Shown: positions 1 to 6,569, numbered from the stretch's first letter. The stretch is DNA of 12,451 nucleotides from Nitrospinota bacterium (GCA_046581755.1 JAYGFR010000336.1:1-12451); one strand, 5' to 3'. Numbers and translations: made by a program. Notes: generated by a model not told the origin, from the letters alone.

Positions 1-183
1 CGGGATTGTTTTCAGGGACTCAAGGGATCCTTTCTGAAAATGAATGAGCTTCAGCCTGCCCTCGATGTGCTTGTTGAGCGGGTCTACCTGGCCAAAATAC
101 CCCAAGAGGGCAGCGGGAAGGCCGGTAGGCCGTCGAGTGCCTCCTATTGTGTCAATCCTTCCTTGACGGAGGACTGGGCATGA
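1..183 (+). CDS. C-terminal fragment of a DUF3987/YfjI-family replication (primase-associated/helicase-like) protein, 5'-truncated by the window
   Basis: Frame 1 is open from base 1 to TGA 181-183: RDCFQGLKGSFLKMNELQPALDVLVERVYLAKIPQEGSGKAGRPSSASYCVNPSLTEDWA*. The 'AL..L.E..YL...GRPS..Y.VNP' tail is typical of DUF3987 C-termini. Not listed in the ORF track. Confidence 0.7.
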   Translation, partial: RDCFQGLKGSFLKMNELQPALDVLVERVYLAKIPQEGSGKAGRPSSASYCVNPSLTEDWA

Positions 184-569
184 GCTGGCGGGAAATCCTC
201 GGAGCCAAGAAACGGGAAATAGAACCTCTAGAACAATATCCTCAATATCCTCAAAACCCCACCCAAGCCGGGAATTCTGAGGATATTGAGGATATTGCTC
301 TGGGGGAGACGAAGTACGAATCCCATCTGGCCCCAGGCTTTACCCCCGAGGATGCCGTTCTCATCCGCAAGAGAGCGAAGGCTTTCCAAAGTCATTTAGA
401 TAAGCCCGGCCCGCACCTCTTTTTTGTCCTTAATGGCGCGCAAATCCGAGAAGGGTATTGCCTGACGTGCGGTGAGCGGCCCGTTGCTGGACGGCTTGGG
501 GTGAGGTGCCGGATTTGCGGGGAAGCGGCCCGAATCGCCCTCTCCGGGGAAAAGGTGCGGGAGAAATAG
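180..569 (+). CDS. Hypothetical protein (129 aa) with C-terminal CxxC...CxxC zinc-ribbon; N-terminal part overlaps the iteron repeat
   Basis: ATG at 180 overlaps the upstream stop (ATGA 180-183) and follows GGAGGA, so it is preferred over the track start at 147. Contains CLTC and CRIC motifs. Confidence 0.6.
   Translation: MSWREILGAKKREIEPLEQYPQYPQNPTQAGNSEDIEDIALGETKYESHLAPGFTPEDAVLIRKRAKAFQSHLDKPGPHLFFVLNGAQIREGYCLTCGERPVAGRLGVRCRICGEAARIALSGEKVREK
234..297. repeat. Perfect 20-bp inverted repeat, each arm made of tandem 9-bp units (CAATATCCT); candidate replication origin
   Basis: CAATATCCTCAATATCCTCA (234-253) and its exact reverse complement TGAGGATATTGAGGATATTG (278-297), 24-bp spacer. 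Imperfect pairing extends out to about 225/306. Confidence 0.9.
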
Positions 570-573
570 AGCC

Positions 574-690
574 ATGTCTCTCAAGCCCATGCCTGAGCCA
601 AACCCCTACCTGAATGCGCCCCTATCCCTTGTGGAGGAGCTTCCGTCCACCAATCACGCCCATCACAAGAAAAGCACCGATAGAAAATGA
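574..690 (+). CDS. Putative 38-aa small protein
   Basis: MSLKPMPEPNPYLNAPLSLVEELPSTNHAHHKKSTDRK*. Starts 4 nt after the previous stop, and its TGA overlaps the next ATG (ATGA 687-690). Below the ORF-track length cutoff. Confidence 0.35.
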   Translation: MSLKPMPEPNPYLNAPLSLVEELPSTNHAHHKKSTDRK

Positions 691-875
691 TCAAAGATAG
701 CGATTTCCAGGAGTCCCAGGCCAGTGAAAACCCAGGCGCGCTAGTTTTTGATCTGGTGGGGAAAATTCTTGCGTCAGCAGCAAAACGTATCCAAGAGCAA
801 GATCCCGCCGTTCTTGAAAAGATGGAAGAAAAAAAACATAAGGGTTCAAAATTAAACATAATTTGGAAGAATTAA
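687..875 (+). CDS. Small hypothetical protein (62 aa)
   Basis: ORF co-oriented with the element genes, predicted amphipathic helix (VFDLVGKILASAAKRI) and basic tail. No recognised family. Confidence 0.5.
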   Translation: MIKDSDFQESQASENPGALVFDLVGKILASAAKRIQEQDPAVLEKMEEKKHKGSKLNIIWKN

Positions 876-876
876 C

Positions 877-906
877 TTGATTTTCATCCTCTTTAGATAT
901 AACTAA
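877..906 (+). promoter_or_regulatory. Candidate promoter/operator for the HTH-integrase operon
   Basis: TTGATT (877-882) and TATAAC (898-903), with a short 15-bp spacing. The -10 sits within the near-palindrome TTAGATATAACTAA (893-906, 12/14 symmetric). AGGA RBS precedes ATG 923. Confidence 0.45.
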
Positions 907-922
907 TAGGTTAGGATATGGC

Positions 923-1141
923 ATGAAAGAAAAACAGTTAGGGAAGATATTGAAATCTATGCGCCTTAAAAAGGGTCTTTCTGCCGAGGCGCTTTCGAGG
1001 GAAAGCGGTGTCAGTGCCATGCATATAGGACGAATTGAACGCGGGGATATGTCTCCTACTATGGGGATTCTAAATAAAGTTGCTTCGGGTTTGGATGTCG
1101 AAATGGTCTTGCGATTCAGGAAGAAGGGGAAAAAGAAATGA
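923..1141 (+). CDS. XRE/Cro-C1 family helix-turn-helix transcriptional regulator (72 aa)
   Basis: LGKILKSMRLKKGLSAEALSRESGVSAMHIGRIERGDMSPTMGILNKVASGLDV fits the HTH_3 pattern. Its stop overlaps the integrase start (ATGA 1138-1141). Confidence 0.92.
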   Translation: MKEKQLGKILKSMRLKKGLSAEALSRESGVSAMHIGRIERGDMSPTMGILNKVASGLDVEMVLRFRKKGKKK

Positions 1142-2694
1142 AGCTAGCCGCTTTATATGCTCGAAGCAGTAAAGATCGCAATGATGTATCAGTTGATTCT
1201 CAATTAATCGATCTTCGGAAAAGGGCGAAGGAAGACGAATATTTGGTGGTCCAAGAATATGCCGATAAGGCCTTTTCTGGAAAAGATGACGATAGGCCTG
1301 GATTTCAAAATATGATCCGAGATGCGCAATTGGACAATAGGAAATGGGACCGTTTGTACATGCTTGATACCGCGCGGTTTTCTCGGTCAATTTATGATGC
1401 TGTTGTATACGAAAGATTACTCCAAACTAATGGGATTAGAATAACCTATCTCCAAATTCCAGATGATACTGAGTCCGGGGTGAGTGAATTAATTACACAG
1501 GTAATGCGAGGCATAAACAGATTTCATAGTGTTAAGTCAAAATCAGGTGCTTTGAGAGGAATGAGGGAAAATATTCGGAGGGGATTTCGAGCTGGTGGGG
1601 TTGCTCCGTATGGGTATGAATTAAAATATGAAGATACTGGTGCAGTAAGGGAAGGTAAGCCAGTGATGAAGTCTCGGCTTTTCATTAATCCCGAAACATC
1701 AAGGGTTGTGGCTGAATATTTTGAGCGGCGGGCGAGGGGAGAGGGTCGGAAAACAATCGCCATGGATTTTAATGGGCGCGGGATTCAAGCTCCTAGAGGT
1801 GGTATGTGGTCTTCTTCCTCACTTCGCAGCTTTGAAGACAATGTCATGGTCTACCTTGGTCATACGGCTTGGGGCCGGGATGGTGAGCGGATAGATGGTA
1901 AATTCATCAATGGTCGCTGGAAAGAGCAAAGGGAGTGGGAAATACACGAAGACACCCACGAAAAGTTAATTACACAAGATGTCGCTGATGCTGTTATGAG
2001 GCAGCGGAAAAAACGTTCGTCAGGAGCGTTAAAACCATCTAATTACCTTCTCACGGGGACACTTACTTGCGGTTCGTGCGGAAGCCTCTACACGGGGAAT
2101 AGGGGGTATTACCGATGCGCCGGTGGAGATAAGTACGGACGGGGTTATTGCGGAAACGGCCAGATCTCACAAGAAATTCTCGAACGTGAAATCCAACGGG
2201 CTGTTAAAGATTTTGTCCTCGTACCTGAATTCACGAAAGAATACATCAAATCGGCTCGACGCCACCTGAGGGCTAAGCCTGAAGCCAAAGAGAATATCTC
2301 TTCGCTAGAAAAACAGATCGCCAAGATCGAGAGAACTATTCAGCGGTGGATGGGTGTTTTTGAATCCGAAGGGATAGGATGGGAGAGGGCAGTTGAGCGT
2401 ATACAGGAGCTTGAGGCTGAAAAAGAAGAAGTTGAAGTGAAACTAGCTAGCCTAAGATCGTCCTCTCAGGTAGTGCCCTTAACTGCTGATATTTCCGAAC
2501 AATTTTTGGAAGAGTTGCTAGCGCGGTTTGAAGAAACCATGTCTCTCGGCGACATGGTTGACCGAAAGGCACTAATTGGGGAAGTGGTGGAAAAGATAGA
2601 AATCGGCCCCAAAGTAAAAAGTAGTCGATGCCGGGAATTGACGATGGAAACCTGCCTATTTCCCCTTATTTCTGGTGACCCCAAGGGGATTTGA
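1138..2694 (+). CDS. Large serine recombinase (serine integrase), 518 aa
   Basis: Resolvase catalytic domain (YARSS, D..FSG...DRPGF, RFSR), recombinase domain (GG.APYGY; HE.LI), Zn ribbon (CGSCG...YYRC...C) and coiled coil (LEKQIAKIERTIQRW...LEAEKEEVEVKL). Confidence 0.96.
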   Translation: MKLAALYARSSKDRNDVSVDSQLIDLRKRAKEDEYLVVQEYADKAFSGKDDDRPGFQNMIRDAQLDNRKWDRLYMLDTARFSRSIYDAVVYERLLQTNGIRITYLQIPDDTESGVSELITQVMRGINRFHSVKSKSGALRGMRENIRRGFRAGGVAPYGYELKYEDTGAVREGKPVMKSRLFINPETSRVVAEYFERRARGEGRKTIAMDFNGRGIQAPRGGMWSSSSLRSFEDNVMVYLGHTAWGRDGERIDGKFINGRWKEQREWEIHEDTHEKLITQDVADAVMRQRKKRSSGALKPSNYLLTGTLTCGSCGSLYTGNRGYYRCAGGDKYGRGYCGNGQISQEILEREIQRAVKDFVLVPEFTKEYIKSARRHLRAKPEAKENISSLEKQIAKIERTIQRWMGVFESEGIGWERAVERIQELEAEKEEVEVKLASLRSSSQVVPLTADISEQFLEELLARFEETMSLGDMVDRKALIGEVVEKIEIGPKVKSSRCRELTMETCLFPLISGDPKGI

Positions 2695-2747
2695 ACCCCT
2701 GTTCCAGGCTTGAGAGGCCTGTGTCCTAACCACTAGACGATGGGGCC
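2673..2747 (-). tRNA. tRNA-Glu (anticodon CUC), 75 nt with encoded CCA
   Basis: Reverse complement: GGCCCCA TC GTCT AGTGGTT AGGAC A CAGGC CTCTCAA GCCTG GAAC AGGGG TTCAAAT CCCCT TGGGGTC A CCA. All four stems pair. The anticodon CTC is at + strand 2712-2714. Confidence 0.97.
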
Positions 2748-2780
2748 GTGGTGATGCGCCTCTGCCTCAAACTCGCGGCG

Positions 2781-2809
2781 AGAGTAGCCCCTCGCCGGGA
2801 GGCCGTCAA
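2781..2809 (-). promoter_or_regulatory. Sigma70-type promoter of tRNA-Glu
   Basis: Minus strand TTGACG (2809-2804), 17-bp spacer, TACTCT (2786-2781), followed by a GC-rich discriminator, about 33 nt upstream of the tRNA 5' end. Confidence 0.75.
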
Positions 2810-2915
2810 GTTTCGGGCCCGGCTCCTCCGGCCCTCCCGGCGGCGCGAGGGCGGTATGCTGAGGAGACCGGTCGGTGCGGCGCCGTCCGCCGCATGGGGG
2901 CAGGGAGCCGGGCGC

Positions 2916-3104
2916 ATGGACACCTCCAATCCGATCCGGATCGTCCTTTTATTCTTCGCCCTGGCCGCTGCCGCCGGGGCGATGGTGTTCATGGTATTTC
3001 TCGAACTCCTCCCGGAATCCTGCGAGAGCGCCAGCCGCTCGTCGGTCGGGCTCCTCGTCAGCCTGACGCTCGGGGCGATGATCCTCTTCCAGGGCTTCCT
3101 ATAG
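2916..3104 (+). pseudogene. Truncated ZIP-family (ZupT/GufA-like) metal transporter remnant or 62-aa two-helix membrane protein
   Basis: MDTSNPIRIVLLFFALAAAAGAMVFMVFLELLPESC...GLLVSLTLGAMILFQGFL resembles the last two helices of ZIP transporters (A.AAGAM...V..EL.PE). GGGAG RBS precedes ATG 2916. Far shorter than a full ZIP protein. Confidence 0.6.
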
Positions 3105-3118
3105 AGGGGCGGGCTTCC

Positions 3119-3147
3119 TTGACAGAGGCTCCGCGGGTTCCTACTGT
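3119..3147 (+). promoter_or_regulatory. Sigma70-type promoter upstream of the aminotransferase
   Basis: TTGACA (3119-3124), 17-bp spacer, TACTGT (3142-3147), followed by an AT-rich leader and GAGGA RBS. Confidence 0.65.
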
Positions 3148-3218
3148 TCGGGATGTTTGACACAAAAATAAAAAATTCCAGATAAACCGAAATTATCTTT
3201 CACTGAGGATCGAGCGAA

Positions 3219-4157
3219 ATGCCAAAATACGGGCACAGCAAGGTCTGGCTGGACGGGGAGATCGTCGCCCCCGAGGAGGCCAAGATCAGCGTTTTTTCGC
3301 AGGCGGTCCTGCGGGGCGGGAGCGTCTACGAAGGCATCCGTGGCTACTGGGGGGAGGAGCGCGAGAACCTTTTCGTGTGGATGCTCGATCCCCACTTCGA
3401 CCGTCTCTACGAGAGCATGAAGATCATGCGGATAGACCCGCCATACAGCCGCGAGGAGATGCGCGAGGCCATCCTCGAGTGGATCCGCGCCAACGACTTT
3501 CGGGAAGACATGCATTTCCGCCTCAACATCTATCTCGGGGACGCGGGCCGCTTCGATATGAAGGGGTACGGGTCCGCCGAGGTCGAGGCCGGGATGTTCA
3601 TTTCGGGCGGGTCGCGCAAGAACGCTGAGCGTCTCAAGAACGGCGTCCACCTGGGGGTGAGCAGCTGGCGCCGGATATCGGACGACAGTATCCCGCCGCG
3701 CGTCAAGGCCTCCGCCAACTATCAGAACAGCCGCTTCGCCGGGGTGGAAGCCCGGGTGAACGGCTACGACGATGCCATACTCCTGAACCAGAGCGGAAAG
3801 GTGGCCGAGGCGCCGGGCGCCTGCATCATGGCGATCCGGGACGGCGAACTCATCGTCCCGCCCGTGACGGAGAGCATCCTCGAGAGCATCACGCGGTCGT
3901 GCCTTTTGGAGATGTACGGCAAATACATCGGCAACCCGGTGGTCGAGCGGCCGCTCGACCGGACCGAGCTTTACGTCGCCGACGAGGCGATCATGTGCGG
4001 CTCGGGCGAGGAGGTCACCCCCATCGTCTCGGTGGACCGCATCGCCGTGGGAGACGGGAAGCCGGGCCCGCTGACCCGGCGACTCCAGGATATCTTCTTC
4101 TCCGCCGTGCGCGGAAGCGACGAGGCCTACGAGAAGGGGCTCACCCCGGTCTATTGA
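3219..4157 (+). CDS. ilvE: PLP-dependent class IV aminotransferase (branched-chain amino acid aminotransferase-like)
   Basis: VWLDGEIV, G.SVYEGIRGY, HFDRL..S, catalytic Lys in RVKASANY, GYDDAILLN..G.VAE, ILESITR, ELY.ADE..MCGS..EVTPI, G.PGPLTRRL. Confidence 0.88.
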   Translation: MPKYGHSKVWLDGEIVAPEEAKISVFSQAVLRGGSVYEGIRGYWGEERENLFVWMLDPHFDRLYESMKIMRIDPPYSREEMREAILEWIRANDFREDMHFRLNIYLGDAGRFDMKGYGSAEVEAGMFISGGSRKNAERLKNGVHLGVSSWRRISDDSIPPRVKASANYQNSRFAGVEARVNGYDDAILLNQSGKVAEAPGACIMAIRDGELIVPPVTESILESITRSCLLEMYGKYIGNPVVERPLDRTELYVADEAIMCGSGEEVTPIVSVDRIAVGDGKPGPLTRRLQDIFFSAVRGSDEAYEKGLTPVY

Positions 4158-4180
4158 TCGCGGGCCATCGCCTATCTTTT

Positions 4181-4218
4181 GGAACGAACCTCCGGAACGA
4201 ACCTCTGGAGCGCCCTCC
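4181..4218 (+). repeat. Short tandem repeat, about 3 copies of a 13-bp unit
   Basis: GGAACGAACCTCC (4181-4193), GGAACGAACCTCT (4194-4206) and degenerate GGAGCGCCCTCC (4207-4218), between convergent genes. Confidence 0.65.
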
Positions 4219-4246
4219 GGCCGGGGCGGGTGTCCCCTCCCGCCGG

Positions 4247-5221
4247 TTAGGCGAGAATCTCCAGGCCCCGCTGAACCACCTTTCCGTCAATCTCTATTGT
4301 CGGGTCCCACATTATGAGGTCGTAGTGGGTGGCCGCCTTGAGCGTTCCCCCCAGCATGAGGCTGGTTCCGATCCCGATGTGAATGGTGTTGAGGACCCCC
4401 TCGTCCTCGAGCATCCGGCCGGTCATCCGGGCGCCCGGGTTGAGGCCGACGCCGAGTTCGGCGACGTTCCAGCAGTTGGGGTCGTCGTGCCCGGCGATGG
4501 CGTCCTGGAGGATTTTCACCTGCTCCCCGCCGCCCTCGATTTGAGCGATGAATCCTTTTTCAATCGTGCATGTGAACGGCTCCCGGAGGGAGCCGATGCC
4601 CAGGTAGGGGATGCTGGCATCGACCACGAAGGTGCCCTCGGCGGTGCCCTCGATGGGCGGGACGTTGACCTCGATCGTGGGCACCGGCGAAATCTCGCCC
4701 GGATCCGGAATGTTGGTCATCACGTTCGCCTTCCGGCCTCCCGCCTCGAAACGCAGGTCGGTTCCCCGCGGGGAGGTGAGCCGGAAAGATTCGCCCTCGG
4801 TGAACGCCCGCCCGAGCCTCCGGCACACCTCGGCCTGGGCGGAGAAGTCCGTTTCGAGAATCGCCGGGCTCAGGAACATCTCGTCCGACCAGTCCGACAT
4901 GGCCAGTATCCGCGCCCGCGCACGGAGGGCTTCCTTGACGGCCACCGTGTGCGTCATCGAGATCGATACCGGGATGAAGATCAGATCGGCTTCCTTCATC
5001 GCGGCGGCCACCGGCGCCGGCGGCTCCTCCCCGTGCATCCGGCGGGGGGGCATGACCGCCGTGACCACCTCTCCGCCCAGCGAGGCGGCGGCGCGCGCCA
5101 CCCGCTCTGCAAGTGTGGTCGTATCGTAGTCGGTGATGACCAGGACGCGCTCGCCCTCCTGGACCCGCCCGTTCACCTGCGCGAGGCGAAGCGCCCCGCG
5201 GGCCAGCATGACTTCGTTCAT
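4247..5221 (-). CDS. M29/thermophilic metalloprotease-fold protein (leucyl aminopeptidase/aminopeptidase T-like)
   Basis: GERVLVITD, GEEPP..VA.AM, TSPRGTDL, P.IEV, AELGVGLNP, LEDEG..NTIHIGIG and THYD metal-ligand motifs. GGAG RBS upstream on the minus strand. Confidence 0.85.
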   Translation of the reverse strand: MNEVMLARGALRLAQVNGRVQEGERVLVITDYDTTTLAERVARAAASLGGEVVTAVMPPRRMHGEEPPAPVAAAMKEADLIFIPVSISMTHTVAVKEALRARARILAMSDWSDEMFLSPAILETDFSAQAEVCRRLGRAFTEGESFRLTSPRGTDLRFEAGGRKANVMTNIPDPGEISPVPTIEVNVPPIEGTAEGTFVVDASIPYLGIGSLREPFTCTIEKGFIAQIEGGGEQVKILQDAIAGHDDPNCWNVAELGVGLNPGARMTGRMLEDEGVLNTIHIGIGTSLMLGGTLKAATHYDLIMWDPTIEIDGKVVQRGLEILA

Positions 5222-5369
5222 AAATATCTCCAGAGGTCTCTATGAAAATGGTCGGGATTCTTTCGGCCAATTTACCCCCTCCGGGGGTCCTCATGAAAGC
5301 GGAAAGGTTTCGCCGCCCCGCCGATTCAGGGATAATGCGGCCTCCAAGACTTTATTCACGGAGCGCCAG

Positions 5370-6476
5370 ATGCCACCGGAAACCAAACAGCCCATCGAGT
5401 GGGCCTGGTACCTTCCCTCCAACAAGCGGGGAGACGCCACCCGCCTCGGGACCGGGGGGGTCGAAATCCCCCCGTCGCCGGAATATCTCGTACATATCGC
5501 CCGGACGGCCGAGGCGAACGGCCTCGCCAATATCCTGATTCCGTGCAACTCCTCGTGCCCGGACGGCTGGCTCCTCGCCTCCGCCCTGAGCCGCGAGACC
5601 GAGCGCCTCAAGTTTCTCGTCGCCATTCGCCCCGGCCTTTCCGGCCCCGCCCTCGCCGTACAGCAGGCGAACACCCTCGATCAGCTATCGGGCGGGCGCC
5701 TCACCGTGAACATCGTGCCCGGCGGCTCGACCGAGGATCAAAAGCGCTACGGCGACCATCTGGACCACGACGAGCGCTATGAACGCGCCAGCGAATTTCT
5801 CGACGCGGCGCGCGCCTTCTGGCAAAAGCCCGGGGAGCGGGTGAATTTTAGGGGGAAGTATTTCGAAATTGAGGATGGCGCGGTGTATCCGGACCCCTGG
5901 CGGCCCGGCGGACCGCCCCTTTATTTCGGGGGAAGCTCGCCCGTCGCCAAGCGCGTCATCGCCCGCCACGCCGATGTCTTTCTCAAATGGGGGGAGACGC
6001 CCGCCCAGATTCGCGAGGAGTACGAGGAGGTGCGGAAAATGGCCCGCGAGGGGTACGGCCGCAGCCTCCGCCTCGGGGTGCGCTTTCATATTCTGGTCCG
6101 CGAGAGCGACGCCCAGGCCAAACAGGATGCCGAGGCCCTTATCGCCGGTGGTGCCTCCTACGGCGATGTCTCCGAGGTGACCGGACGGGTGCAAGGCGAT
6201 GTGGAATCCATCTCCCAGCAACGCATGAACGCAATGAGCGTGGGCGGAAGGCTCTGGTGGGGCAAGGCGCTGTTTTCCGGGATCAATCTCGTCCGCCAGG
6301 GGGCGGGCACCATGCTTGCCGGGAGCCCCGAGGTCGTGGCCGAGGCGATCCGCGAGTACATCGACGCCGGGGCGACGACGTTCATCATGAGCGGCTGGCC
6401 GCACGACCGGGAGGCCGAGAATTTCGGGCGCCTCCTCAGGCCCCTCCTGCCCGAAGAGGCGGCCGTCCCGGCCTGA
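5370..6476 (+). CDS. LLM-class (luciferase-like) FMNH2-dependent monooxygenase, SsuD/MsuD-like
   Basis: W.LP...GD, YL..IA..AE..G, TERLKFLVAIRPG, TLDQLSGGRL.VNIVPG, HDERYERA.EF, PPLYFGGSS, WGE, GSPE.VA...EY...G...FI.SGWPH..EAE.F. Start placed at ATG 5370 (GGAG RBS), because the track start at 5133 overlaps the opposite gene. Confidence 0.9.
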   Translation: MPPETKQPIEWAWYLPSNKRGDATRLGTGGVEIPPSPEYLVHIARTAEANGLANILIPCNSSCPDGWLLASALSRETERLKFLVAIRPGLSGPALAVQQANTLDQLSGGRLTVNIVPGGSTEDQKRYGDHLDHDERYERASEFLDAARAFWQKPGERVNFRGKYFEIEDGAVYPDPWRPGGPPLYFGGSSPVAKRVIARHADVFLKWGETPAQIREEYEEVRKMAREGYGRSLRLGVRFHILVRESDAQAKQDAEALIAGGASYGDVSEVTGRVQGDVESISQQRMNAMSVGGRLWWGKALFSGINLVRQGAGTMLAGSPEVVAEAIREYIDAGATTFIMSGWPHDREAENFGRLLRPLLPEEAAVPA

Positions 6477-6505
6477 GGCTCCTCCCCGGAGGCGGGGAGG
6501 AGCCT
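6476..6505. terminator. GC-rich hairpin between convergent genes (probable terminator/mRNA-stabilising stem)
   Basis: AGGCTCCTCCCCG - GAGG loop - CGGGGAGGAGCCT, a perfect 13-bp stem beginning at the last base of the LLM stop codon. Lacks a strong U-tract. Confidence 0.65.
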
Positions 6506-6569
6506 TCGAACATCCGCATCGCGTTCCGTCTCATCCACGAGAGTGTCTTTTTCCTACAAATCGTTCAGT

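Larger units (their letters stand above)
1..2694 (+). mobile_element. Right-hand part of a tRNA-Glu-integrated element (satellite/genomic-island-like) with a replication module and large serine integrase
   Basis: Co-oriented gene string: DUF3987-like C-terminus, iteron-like inverted repeat, small ORFs, XRE HTH, large serine recombinase ending inside a tRNA 3' end. 690-2670 is visibly more AT-rich than the host DNA after 2750. The left boundary lies outside the window. Confidence 0.85.

Noticed and set aside
234..297. CRISPR array or intrinsic terminator interpretation of the repeat
   Set aside because: No repeat-spacer periodicity and no cas genes. The 24-nt loop and lack of a U-tract argue against a terminator.
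691..1390. Minus-strand ORFs 691-1020 and 1070-1390 as a divergent repressor
   Set aside because: Antisense to the HTH and integrase genes, with no HTH or other motif.
2676..2747. G2-U71 wobble in the acceptor stem as evidence that the element supplied a mismatched tRNA 3' end
   Set aside because: G2-U71 is common in bacterial tRNA-Glu, so it is not diagnostic.
2726..3163. ORFs 2726-3163 (-) and the N-terminal extension 2748-2915 (+)
   Set aside because: They overlap the tRNA or its promoter and are low-complexity Arg/Ala/Pro-rich. Only 2916-3104 looks protein-like.
4247..5221. NicX-type 2,5-dihydroxypyridine dioxygenase feeding maleate to the LeuCD-like hydratase
   Set aside because: Same fold, but as I recall NicX has His in the 'SHIGWG' segment where this protein has AELGVG, the aminopeptidase-like Glu. 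No other nic/maleamate genes are present.
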